Positions 15,380 to 26,770 of a stretch of 64,000 bases of DNA are shown here, piece after piece (the stretch's first letter is position 1; each line of letters begins with the position of its first letter). The stretch covers positions 41,883-105,882 of the forward strand of contig NIVC01000971.1 in assembly GCA_002269645.1 (NCBI GenBank). Reading direction: 5' to 3'. The position numbers were made by a program, and so were the translations under genes. The DNA is from Macrostomum lignano. Taxonomy: Eukaryota. The notes under the pieces were generated by a model that was given only the letters and a program-made list of their open reading frames with translations, made no database searches and was not told where the DNA came from.

Positions 15380-15915
15380 TCCTCAAGGTTTATGGCCTCA
15401 GGAAGCATATGGGATTAAGAATGAACAGCAAGCATTTAACTACACAAGTGGACGCAAGACGGACGAAACTCAGCCTAGAGGATAGGCCCAATCTAGCTCA
15501 GCCAATGAGAGAGCAGTAAGGAGAAAGGGTCAAAGTCAGACGGACGAAACTCAGTCTAGATGGCAGGCCCAATCCGGCTCAGCCAATGAGAGAGCAGTAA
15601 GGAGAGAGGCCAAAGTCAGATGCAAGCCGTAAGAGGAAAGCCCAACTGTTTATCGGCCGGACTGGAGCGTCTGCCCTTTAATTTACTATTATAATAGCAA
15701 AGGAGGATAGGCCCAATCTAGCTCAGCCAATGAGAGAGCAGTAAGGAGAAAGGGTCAAAGTCAGACGGACGAAACTCAGTCTAGATGGCAGGCCCGATCC
15801 GGCTCAGCCAATGAGAGCAGTAAGGAGAGAGGCCAAAGTCAGATGCAAGCCGTAAGAGGAAAGCCCAGCTGTTTATCGGCCTGACTGGAGCGCCTGCCCT
15901 TTAATTAACTATTAT
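15380..15915 (-). mobile_element. Dispersed non-autonomous element with internal ~83-bp CCAAT-containing tandem units (possibly Helitron-derived)
   Basis: Units ...ctcagccaatgagagagcagtaaggaga...aaagtcagacggac; an inverted-orientation relative lies at 51560-52050; the 15480-15700 block is repeated at 15705-15915. Confidence 0.6.
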
Positions 15916-16555
15916 AGAGGCAAAAAGCACTAATTTAGATAGCTCGTAGAGTAGATAAGCGCATCGTTTGCGAGTGACATAATCCAGTTATTCTAGAATC
16001 TGTGGTTATGCGTCACATCTATCAATTGTGCTTTTTCCTAAAGAGTTTTATTTAGTTGTTGACTGTGATTTCTCTAGCTGTTCTAGTCTAACTTGTGCTT
16101 TTATATACATACATGTTGTTTTGCACCTGTCCTATCAGCACAGCACGCGGTTTTTTAATCAATTCTAGCTTCACTGAAATTTCATAATCCGGCTTTCGTT
16201 TTGTTTGTTTGTTCTTTTGTAATGCAGTGAACTGTTTCTTTTAACGTTGTCGTGCACATATACGAGAAATAATTTATATGGCAACGAATTTTAGTCTTTT
16301 TTTCTGATCCTCAAAGCTATAGTTTGTGTTTTGTGTACCTTACTTTTCTATTCAGTCAGCCAATTTCCGTAATTACGTTTGTAATTAGATTCCTTTTCCG
16401 CTCACTAAGCCTCTTTTAGTTTGTTGGAAATAATTTCCAATTATTACTTCTGGGATTAGCTATTGTCAGCTTTTAAGCTCTCGTCTTATAGACCCAGTGC
16501 CCTCCTTAGTCGGTCGTTTTTCGTTGAAATAAGTTTAAGTAAATGGATGAGTCAC

Positions 16556-17590
16556 CTTCTGTACCCCTGAGATCTATTTGAGGTTCCCCTTTTGTACCCC
16601 TAGGATCTATCTGAGGTTCCCCTTTGTACCCCTAAGATCTATCTGAGGTTCCCCTTTTGTACCCCTAAGATCTATCTGAGGTTCCCCTTTTGTACCCCTG
16701 AGATCTATCTGAGGTTCCCCTTCTGTAACCCTGAGATCTGTCTGAGGTTCTCTTCTGTACCCCTGAGATCTGTCTGAGGTTCCCTTCTGTACCCCTGAGA
16801 TCTGTCTGAGTTCCCCTTCTGTAACCCTGAGATCTGTCTGAGGTTCCCTTCTGTACCCCTGAGATCTGTCTGAGGTTCCCTTCTGTACCCCTGAGATCTG
16901 TCTGAGTTCCCCTTCTGTAACCCTGAGATCTGTCTGAGGTTCCCTTCTGTACCCCTGAGATCTGTCTGAGGTTCCCTTCTGTACCCCTGAGATCTGTCTG
17001 AGGTTCCCTTCTGTACCCCTGAGATCTGTCTGAGGTTCCCTTCTGTACCCCTGAGATCTGTCTGAGGTTCCCTTCTGTACCCCTGAGATCTGTCTAAGGT
17101 TCCCCTTCTGTACCCCTGAGATCTGTCTGAGGTTCCCTTCTGTACCCCTGAGATCTGTCTGAGGTTCCCTTCTGTACCCCTGAGATCTGTCTGAGGTTCC
17201 CTTCTGTACCCCTGAGATCTGTCTGAGGTTCCCTTCTGTACCCCTGAGATCTGTCTAAGGTTCCCCTTCTGTACCCCTGAGATCTGTCTGAGGTTCCCCT
17301 TCTGAACCCTTGAGATCTGTCTGAGGTTCCCCTTCTGTACCCCTGAGATCTGTCTGAGGTTCCCCTTCTGTACCCCTGAGATCTGTCTGAGGTTCCCCTT
17401 CTGTACCCCTGAGATCTGTCTGAGGTTCCCCTTCTGTACCCCTGAGATCTGTCTGAGGTTCCCTTCTGTACCCCTGAGATCTGTCTGAGGTTCCCCTTCT
17501 GTACCCCTGAGATCTGTCTGAGGTTCCCCTTCTGTACCCTTGAGATCCACCTGAAGTTTCCTTCTGTAACCCTGGGATCTGTCTGAAGTT
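16556..17590. repeat. 32-33-bp minisatellite (ctgtacccctgagatctgtctgaggttccctt), about 32 copies, ending ~145 bp before the XRN2 ATG
   Basis: Seen directly; it produces spurious ORF 16705-17613. Confidence 0.95.
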
Positions 17591-17734
17591 TTACTGAGAT
17601 TCCAAGGTTCCATGCAGTTAGAACAATTTATTTATCTAATATTCATGCTGCCAGAATCGCACTAACAGACAAGAGATCAGTCGCACAGTCAGTAATTAGT
17701 TCAGCATTAACTCAGCAGCTTCAGCCAGCTAATC

Positions 17735-20700
17735 ATGGGAGTACCAGCCTTCTTTCGCTGGCTAAGCCGCAAATTCCCATCAATTGTGGTGCACTGCGTC
17801 GAAGAGAAACAGCGCGAAGTGGACGGCGAGACCGTGCCAGTTGACACCAGCCGGCCTAACCCGAACAACTATGAGTTCGACAATTTGTATTTGGACATGA
17901 ACGGCATCATCCATCCGTGCACTCATCCTGAGGATAAGCCGGCGCCGCGTAACGAAGCCGAAATGTTTGCCGCCATCTTCGAATACATGGATAGAATATT
18001 TGCTATTGTTAGGCCTAGGCGTGTTATCTATATGGCTATTGACGGAGTGGCGCCGCGCGCTAAAATGAATCAGCAACGTTCGCGCCGATTCCGCGCGGCC
18101 AAGGAGGCCAGGGAGAAAGCGATTGAGCTAGATCGGCTGCGATCGGAGCTCACAGCCCAGGGTATGACCCTGCCGCCGCCTAAAGCGCCTGAGGAGCATT
18201 TTGATAGCAATTGTATCACGCCTGGCACTCCGTTTATGGCGCGTCTGGCTGTGGCGCTGCGGTATTACATTCACGACAGGCTGCACAACGATCCGGGCTG
18301 GCGCAATCTGCAGGTCTTCCTTTCTGACGCAAATGTGCCCGGTACAGATGGCTCTTTGCGAGTTGATTTTTTCTCTTAGAAATACCTAAGGTAGCAGCGT
18401 AATATAACTATGTCCTAATCTGCTACTTTGTTAGTAGAGCAGTAGGATAAAAACCATTAGATAGTCCTGTGTGAGCGGGTGTATAGTATTGTAGGCAGGC
18501 ATCACAGATACTTTAATATTAATGTATTTATTTATTGAAGCGCACTTTAAGCGACATTGTCACACAACCGGCGAGAGGCATTACTGCCCATTCCGCCGAC
18601 TCCCCTGAGCAGGCACTCAAGCGCGCGGATGCGTACGCAGTCATACGCACAGGCACACACACAGGACTGGAGTGTACAGCAGCCCTAACTTTATTTACCG
18701 TTAGGCATGTACACTTCACTGTGCCTTGGGGCTGGCTTGTAGCAGAGCCAAGCCGAGATTCCAATTTATCCCCAAATTAGTATGACTGCGGCACTGGGGA
18801 TCGAGCCTGGGCCGCTGGCACATCAGTGCGCCGCGCTTGACCACTGGGCTACGGCCGCCCCCCGTCCCCTCTAATAAAAATTTAGCTATATTGTAGTCTC
18901 ACACAATGCTCTCCGCACAGGCGAAGGCGAGCACAAGATCATGGACTTTATTCGGCGCCAGCGCGCCCAGCCGGCGCACGATCCGAACACGCGCCACTGC
19001 CTTTGTGGCGCCGATGCCGACCTGATCATGCTGGGCCTGGCCACTCACGAGCCGCACTTCACCATCATTCGCGAGGAGTTTGTGCCCAACAAGCCGAGAC
19101 CGTGCGACCTGTGCGGCCAGCTGGGCCACGAGGCCAAGGACTGCCAGGGCCTGGCCAGGGACCAAGCAGCTGCCGAGGCGCCGCCAGTTATGGCCTCTGA
19201 GGCCGATTTCATCTTCATTCGTCTGCACGTATTGCGCGAGTATCTGCAGCGCGAATTAAAAATGGACGGCCTACCGTTTGCTTACGATTTTGAACGGGCG
19301 CTTGACGATTGGGTATTTATGTGCTTCTTTGTTGGCAACGACTTCCTGCCGCATCTGCCTAGTTTAGAGATTCGCGAGGGTGCCATTGATCGGCTGGTTG
19401 GAATCTACAAGAGAGCTGTCTATCAGGTGAGGCTCACTGTACTGTGCTGGTCTCCACAGTATGAAAATTTTATTCATTCATCTGTACCAAGGATCGGCGA
19501 ACTCCTGCCCTCGGGATCCTTTGCCCGCCAATACTGTACGCCCTGACCAAGAGTCTTGGCAAATTTACTGCTGCGCCAGACTTCGCCCGAACCCTACTTC
19601 CATAATTTTAGCTACGTAAAACTACTAGCATAATAGTAGTATCTGATAAAATTGCAACTAATATTTTAGTATAAAACTTAATCATGTATATGATAAAAAT
19701 TTGCTTTAACACAGACAGGCGGCTGGGTCACGGACTCCGGCCACGTGCACCTGGACCGGGTGCAGCTCATTATGCGCGAGCTCGGCCAGATGGAGGACGA
19801 AATATTCAAACGCCGGCGCAGCTCCGAGATGAATTTTCGTCGACGTCGCAAAGCCGACAAGCAGGCCAAACTGCGGCACACAATGATGGAGAGGGGCATG
19901 GCTGCTCCGCTTGGCAGTGGCCGGTCTAGCGGCGCTGCAGACCAACAGCTGTCGTCTGGACAGGCCATACGGGCCCTGATGCGGGAGAGCCAGATGGAGT
20001 CGCTTCAGGCTGAGCGGGACCGGCAGCAGCAGCAGCAGCAGCCGGACTCTGATGAGGAGGCCGATGCTAGAGATGAGGTATGATTGAATTTGGGGTTTAT
20101 ATGCTTTGGATACTGTCATTTGACTGTCAATGCCATTAGATTGTCAGTGTCATTTGATTGTCATGTGTCATTTGATTGTCAGTGTCATTTGATTGTCAGT
20201 GTCATTTGATTGACAGTGTCTATAAAAAGGCCTCCTTGTGTTCAAAAGAACAACCATGTACACTATAAGATGGCCAATAAATTTCATCACGTAACTGGCT
20301 TTTACACCCTTATTATCCATCATCACTCCTCATGTTTGCACTGGCGTTAAATACGAGTAAGTGAATGTTCTGTTTGCAGTGACAGTATGTTATCATATAC
20401 CTAGATTAGGCTTACCAACTAAGACCATAGGCTTTTATTAATGCCCAAACATCACCAACGCAGGTCCGCCTGTGGGAGGACGGCTGGCGGCACCGCTATT
20501 ATAGCAGCAAATTCGGGGTGGCACCGCAGGATAGTCGCGATTTCCCGCTGCTAGTTGCCAGCCACTACGTCAGGGGCCTGTGCTGGGTGCTGCGCTACTA
20601 TTACCAGGGCTGCGCCTCCTGGACCTGGTACTTCCCCTATCACTATTCCCCATTCGCTTCCGACTTCACCAACGTGGCTAGCGTCGATGTGGACTTTGAC

Positions 20701-21789
20701 AAGACTCCAACTGAGCCCTTCAAGCCGCTGGAGCAGCTCATGGCTGTGTTCCCCGCTGCTAGCGGCTCCCACGTGCCGCCATCTTGGCGCGGACTAATGA
20801 GCGATCCCGACTCGCCTATTATCGACTTTTATCCCATCGACTTCCGCGTCGATCTCAACGGTAAAAAATTTGCCTGGATGGGCGTCGCTCTGTTGCCATT
20901 TGTTGACGAGGCGCGCCTGTTGAAAACGCTGGAGTCAGTTTATCCCAGCCTCCTGCCAGACGAGGTCGAGCGCAACGTGCGCGGACCCGATCGACTGTTT
21001 GTTCGATCGACGCACCCAGCCGCCGCTCTCATCCAGCGCTTGTATGCTGCCGGCAAGAAGGCTCAGGTGGAAGACATTGAGACCAATGCCGATGCCAGCC
21101 TCACCAGCGGCGTTGGCGGCATCTACAAGCCGGATAAGCTGGCCTATCAGCCTGGCGATGATGTGCCTTCGCCAATTGCTCTGCCACAGTTCAAAACTCT
21201 GGCGCAATGCCAGGTGGCCTCCTGTCGCTATTCGGATCCCGTGTTCCCGCGCGGCCACGTGTTCCCAGCCCGTCCGCTGCCGGGCGCCCGGCCACCGCCG
21301 GCCACTCTTCGGCCGGAGGACCTGGAGCCCGGCCGGCAGTGGACGCCGAATCTTGGCCCGGGCCCCAACGGCGGTCACCGGCCGCGACAGTCGTTCGACT
21401 CTGCCGGGCCGATGCGCCGGATGGCATCGGCTGAGCTGGGCTCCGCTGAGCGATTCAACACCAGCCGGTATGGCGCTGTGCCTCCGCCTCAGCTGATGCA
21501 GCAGCAGCACAGAATGCAGCCTTCGGGTCGGTCTGTGCCGAATTTGCATCACCAGCACAATCAGTGGCCTGGCCAGTCGCCTTACCCGTCTCAGCAGCAG
21601 CAGCAGCACTATCAGCGGCAATTCCAGCAGCCACGGCATCAATTCTATCAGCAGCAGCAGCAGCAGTACCAGGGCCCGTATCCGCCGCAATACCAAACTG
21701 ACTGGAGAAGTGGCAGAGGCGGCGGCAGAGGTGGTGGCTACAGCGGCGGCGGGGGCGGTCGGGAGTCGCGCCGCTACCAGCCTTACTAA
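17735..21789 (+). CDS. XRN2: 5'-3' exoribonuclease 2; exons 17735-18341, 18921-19426, 19715-20077, 20464-21789 (933 aa)
   Basis: [57 protein letters not shown] (across the first splice), CCHC knuckle, [32 protein letters not shown]; all introns GT-AG with consistent phases. Confidence 0.97.
18520..18863 (-). mobile_element. tRNA-derived SINE in XRN2 intron 1
   Basis: Minus strand shows an A-box (gtagcccagtggtcaagcg), a B-box (ggctcgatccc) and an (AAAT)n tail; a second copy is at 59900-60237. Confidence 0.85.
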
Positions 21790-21872
21790 CTGATTTCTGA
21801 CTTTGCTTTTTTTGCTTTCAGGGTCCTGTATGTGCATATATTGGAGTGCATTTGCAGTGCCGCAACATACGT

Positions 21873-22028
21873 GCGCAACCTTGGGAATCACTCGGCCGTT
21901 TCTATTGGCAACACACGCATGTAAGTCGCTATTGGCTGAGAGCAGTCACGTGACTACTATTCCGTCCAGTAGCAACTTACATGTGTGCGTTGCCAATAGA
22001 AACGGCCGGGTGAATCCCTAGGTTGCGC
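21873..22028. repeat. Inverted repeat with ~54-bp arms (21873-21926 / 21975-22028) just 3' of the XRN2 stop
   Basis: gcgcaaccttgggaatcactcggccgtttctattggcaacacacgcatgtaagt pairs with its reverse complement at about 90%. Confidence 0.85.
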
Positions 22029-22789
22029 CCAAGCATGTGCCGCAACCAATGATGCATCAATATAATACAACTATGGGCTTTGGATATTGCGACTGACTGA
22101 GCGGTCAGAGAGTACACGGCTTTTCATTTGATTTTATTTGGGCCGTGGGGATGTAAGTTCAAGGTATCTGCGACCTGGAAAAACCTGATTGTAATTGTGT
22201 CATTTTGCTTTTCACTATATTTGTGTTTCTGTTGTCAATTTTAATTATAATTTATAGCTTTGATAGGCAAGTTCCTCTTGTGTAGCCGCCGCTCAAATCC
22301 AACTTGGTCTATTGTTCATCTTCTATTGTTTTCTCTGCTTTGTTAATCTGTTACGCTACTGACAGTTGTCCGTCTAATTTGATCGTTAATTTATTAGCTG
22401 CTAAAGCAGATTCAATTCGTATGCTGTTTTGTGTGGCTTTTTTATTTCCTGTTTTAAATTTGTTTTTCTTATCCAACATGTCTTTTATTTTGCGAAGTGT
22501 AAAATAATATTGATGCGTCATGTGTGTCATTTCCGTTCGAGAATAAACCGATGCGAGATGCCATGTCACTCAGTTGAATTCGATCAGCTTGTGCTAGGCA
22601 TCATGGATGTGTAACCACTTTTTGAGTCGTTTAATTCTATTTATTTCTAAGTTATTTTTAACTCAATCCAACTAGCGCAAATAAGGATCGCTGTAAGGAT
22701 TATTTAGGGAAATTGAGTATTTCACTTTAAAATAATGAACCAATTGTGAGACCGGGTCTCAATTGAGTTAGCTATCAGCCTCGAAGACT

Positions 22790-23940
22790 GCAGCCTTGTG
22801 TAACCTGCACCACCTCTGCAGCCCCTCAGTCAGTCACTAAAGCCTCCACTGAGACCTGCACCACCTCTGCAGCCCCTCAGTCGGGAGCACGAGAAATGCC
22901 CGCAGACGAATTGCCCGCCGAGATTTGCCCGCAGGAGATTTGCCCGTGGAGATTTGCCCGCCGAGCTTTTCCCGCGGAGATTTGCCCGCAGTGCATTTTG
23001 CCCGTGAGCGAATTGCCCGTGGAGATTTGCCCGCCGAGAATTGCCCGCCGAGATTTGCCCGCAATGCAATTTTCCCGCGAGTGAATTGCCCGCGAGCGAA
23101 TTGCCCGCCGAGTTTTTTCCCGCCGAGGTTTGCCCGCGATCCTTTTTTGCAGCGCATTTGGCAGCTAGATTCTGTCTATACATTGCTACCCCCAAAATAT
23201 GCATTTGATATGCAGTTACTATCAAAACGTTTTGATCGTGTAAATCTCTTTATTGAGATTAACACGTACTAAGCATGGGAAGGCAATGCAGACAAAATCT
23301 GCCGCGTCGCCAAATGCGCTGCAGGAAAAAAATCATTGAATCATTGCGGGCAAACCTCGGTGGGAAAAAACTCGGCGGGCAACTCGCTCACGGGCAATTC
23401 ACTCGCGGGCAAATCTCGGCGGGCAATTCTCGGCGGGCAAATCTCCACGGGCAATTCGCTCACGGGCAAAATGCACTGCGGGCAAATCTCCGCGGGAAAA
23501 GCTCGGCGGGCAAAGCTCCACGGGCAAATCTCCTGCGGGCAAATCTCGGCGGGCAATTCGTCTGCGGGCAATTCTCATGGACCCCCCTCAGTCAGTCACT
23601 GAAACCTTCACTGAGACCTGCACCACCTCTGCAGCCCCTCAGTCAGTCACTGAAACCTTCACTGAGACCTGCACCACCTCTGCAGCCCCTCAGTCAGTCA
23701 CTGAAACCTTCACTGAGACCTGCACCACCTCTGCAGCCCCTCAGTCAGTCACTGAAACCTTCACTGAGACCTGCACCACCTCTGCAGCCCCTCAGTCAGT
23801 CACTGAAACCTTCACTGAGACCTGCACCACCTCTGCAGCCCCTCAGTCAGTCACTGAAACCTTCACTGAGACCTGCACCACCTCCGAGCCCCTCAGTCAG
23901 TCACTGAAACCTTCACTGAGACCTGCACTGCCTTTGCAGC
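22790..23940. repeat. 51-bp minisatellite (cagcccctcagtcagtcactgaaaccttcactgagacctgcaccacctctg) interrupted by a MULE element
   Basis: About 1.5 degenerate units before 22882 and about 7 units after 23585. Confidence 0.9.
22883..23584. mobile_element. Foldback/MULE-type non-autonomous element with ~260-bp TIRs built from ttgcccgc repeats
   Basis: GGG...CCC ends; 9-bp TSD CCCTCAGTC (22874-22882, 23585-23593); the arms are near-perfect reverse complements. Confidence 0.9.
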
Positions 23941-24312
23941 CTTGTGTCACTGTCAATAAGCATTGCAAATGACAATTAAAAAAATATTTATAATATTCGG
24001 TGAAAGGCACATCTAAAATCTGGTGCAAGTTATACACGAAAGAAATGTATCGTTTATATTGTCAGTATTTGAGCGACTATAGGCAAAAATTGCTATTTAG
24101 TTAAAATATTTAATCAAAAACCTCTGATAATTATTCGTAAACTATTTGGCTAACTAATAGGCATATCGGGTTTAAGGTTTTAGAAAAAATCTGAATTCAC
24201 GCAACCAATATTTTCTTATTTGACATATAAAGAGTTTTGATAATATCGAATACGCATACGAAGTCTAATGTATCGTGTTCCAATTGGTCAATAAAACATT
24301 GGTATCCAGCGG

Positions 24313-25514
24313 TCAGTCTTGCAAACCGCACACCATATTCGCTGGCAGGGCCGCATCGATCTGCTTCGGATAGGGCAGGTTCAAGTTGTTCATGATGTCA
24401 ACGAACTCGCTTTTCGTCTTAGTCAGCCGGCTGTTGAACTTCTTCTCCTCGGCTACTGTGGTGACAGTCTGGCCAGTGTAGTCGTGAGCAGGATAGAGCT
24501 GGTAGTTGTCAGGCAGGCTGAATATCTGCGAGTGCACGGACTCGTATAGGCGCTCTGGCGAGCCCTGCTGGAAGTCGGTTCTACCGCAGCCGCGAATGAG
24601 CAGCGCGTCGCCTGTGAACGCCATTCGGTGGCTGTGCAGCACGTAGGTGAGGCAGCCGTCCGTGTGGCCGGGCGTCGAGCGGGTCTCCAGTTGCAGCTTG
24701 CCAAAGTCGACCTGAAACCATTAAATTCTTCTCTATGATTCAATGATTCTCTATGAGAGAGCCCAGTTACGACCTGAAACCATTAAATTCTTCTCAATGA
24801 TTCTCTATGAGAGAGCCCAGTTACGACCTGAAACCATTAAATTATTCTCTATGATTCAATGATTCTCTATGAGAGAGCCCAGTTACGACCTGAAACCATT
24901 AAATTCTTCTCTATGATTCAATGATTCTCTATGAGAGAGCCCAGTTACAGATAAAGGTCAATGAAGATTTTCCTTCAGTAATTTCTCGTGGAGAGCCTCA
25001 TACAGTTATTAATGAAGGTCAATGAAGATTTCCTTTAGTAATTCCTCGTGAAGAGCCTCAGTTACGGTTGAAGGTCAACTGATTTCCTTCAGTTTCTTGC
25101 TGAAAATTTGCTAAAAATCTTATCCATCATCTAAGGATCAATCTCGTATCCAGGTACTCGTGAATTCGGCAAATTGAAATTTTGATGGATGTGAAAGAAT
25201 GAGAAATTCACCTTATCCCCATGCTTCACTCGGACATTAGCTTTCGCTTGGCTGGCCTCCGCGATGACGCTTTGACACCCGGGAATCAGCGACTTCAGCT
25301 TGCCCGAGCCGGTCACGTGATCAGCGTGCACGTGCGTGTTGATGGCGAATTTCAGGACCAGGCCCAGCTGCTTAACGATGCCAGCGTCCCGATCGACAGT
25401 TTCAATGACGGGATCGATCAGCACGGCCTGTTTGGTGACCTCGCAGGCCAGCAGGTACGAGTAAGTGCTGCTCTTGGACTCGAACAGTTGGCGGAAAATC
25501 AGCCCGGCGGACAT
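24313..25514 (-). CDS. ETHE1: Persulfide dioxygenase (metallo-beta-lactamase fold); exons 25514-25212 and 24711-24313 (233 aa)
   Basis: [80 protein letters not shown]; aag|gtgaat ... tttcag|gtc phase-0 intron. Confidence 0.95.
24709..24949 (-). repeat. Four 54-62-bp tandem units; three extra copies of the ETHE1 3' splice junction lie upstream of the real one
   Basis: gacctgaaaccattaaatt... recurs at 24709, 24771, 24825 and 24887. Confidence 0.9.
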
Positions 25515-26339
25515 TTTTTTCCGATGAGTGCTGCTTGTTGAAGTTTTGATTTTACAGAGAAAGTTGGATTCTTGGTTTGGCTAAAAGCTGTTGCTAGTTA
25601 TAGTCGACAATCAGTTAGAGCTTATGTAGAGAACTCAAAGGGTCAACCGCATCTGTGCAGTTCTGCAGAACTTTACAGTGCGTGGCTCACACCCCTTCTT
25701 GGCCAGGATTGGTGGGGCGCCAGCAGGAGAGAGAAAAGAAGTGAAGATATAATTGCTACTTTACTGCCAATGTACACTCAAATCGTGCTCAATACAACCG
25801 TCCTTGCTTCTCTCTCCATTTGTTCGTAAAAGCGGTTTTAAAATAGGACGCTATGGAATGGGTTCAGTGGAATGTCTTTTGCCCTTTAGTTGTTACCTTA
25901 CCTTAAGTGGTTAGACTAAGGCGTTAAGCATTATTCTTCCATCCAGCTTTAAAGATATTTAAACTTTGTCAGATTACTTGAAAGTTAAGCAAACCATTTT
26001 AGAAAATGTTGATGTCTATGGCCGAATAATCATTTTCTTTCCTTTCCCGTCTATGTCTATGGGCAACACTAGATCTACTGTTGTCAAATAGGAATTCCCA
26101 ACATGGTTTGCTTAAATATCAAATCAACTTGGAGCTATATTTAAGTATATTTAGCTTATACCCAAAGATATTTCATACTCTAGACTAGATGGACTACTTA
26201 ATGCTGAGCAATAGGCTGAATCCGACCGTTGATTTCGATGAACTCATTAAACTAGCATACTTGATTAGCAATGGTACTCATAGATTAGCTAGCATGGAAC
26301 TGAGTTGAATGAAGTTACGGATGAAGGTCAATGAAGATT

Positions 26340-26770
26340 TCTTTCTGTAATTCCATGCGGAGAGCCCCAGTTACGTGTGAAGATCAATGACGATTTCCTT
26401 CAGTTTCCTCGTGGAGAGCCCCAGTTACGTGTGAAGATCATTGACGATTTCCTTCAGTTTCCTCGTGGAGAGCCCCAGTTACGTGTGAAGATCATTGACG
26501 ATTTCCTTCAGTTTCCTCGTGGAGAGCCCCAGTTACGTGTGAAGATCATTGACGATTTCCTTCAGTTTCCTCGTGGAGAGCCCCAGTTACGGGTGAAGAT
26601 CAATGACGATTTCCTTCAGTTTCCTCGTGGAGAGCCCCAGTTACGTGTGAAGATCAATGAAGATTTCCTTCAGTTTCTTGCTGAACATTTGCTGAAAATC
26701 TTATCTATCTTCCAGGGATCAATCTCGTATCTAGGCACACGTGATTTCGGTAAATTGAAATTTACTGAGT
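26340..26770. repeat. 54-bp minisatellite (~6 copies) plus unique tail, paralogous to 24950-25190 in the ETHE1 intron
   Basis: Unit gtgaagatcattgacgatttccttcagtttcctcgtggagagccccagttacgt; the tail cagtttcttgctgaa..ggatcaatctcgtatc..aaattgaaattt is shared with 25091-25185. Confidence 0.85.

Noticed and set aside
16556-17590. CRISPR-like arrays (also 26340-26680, 31727-32705, 45630-46600)
   Set aside because: Units are head-to-tail with no unique spacers, no cas genes are present, and the context is eukaryotic; these are minisatellites.
18780-18863. tRNA genes (also ~29983, ~50250, ~60160-60237)
   Set aside because: A/B boxes are present, but I could not build a full cloverleaf; three of the four continue into SINE bodies with tails, and the ~29983 head runs into a 54-bp tandem repeat.
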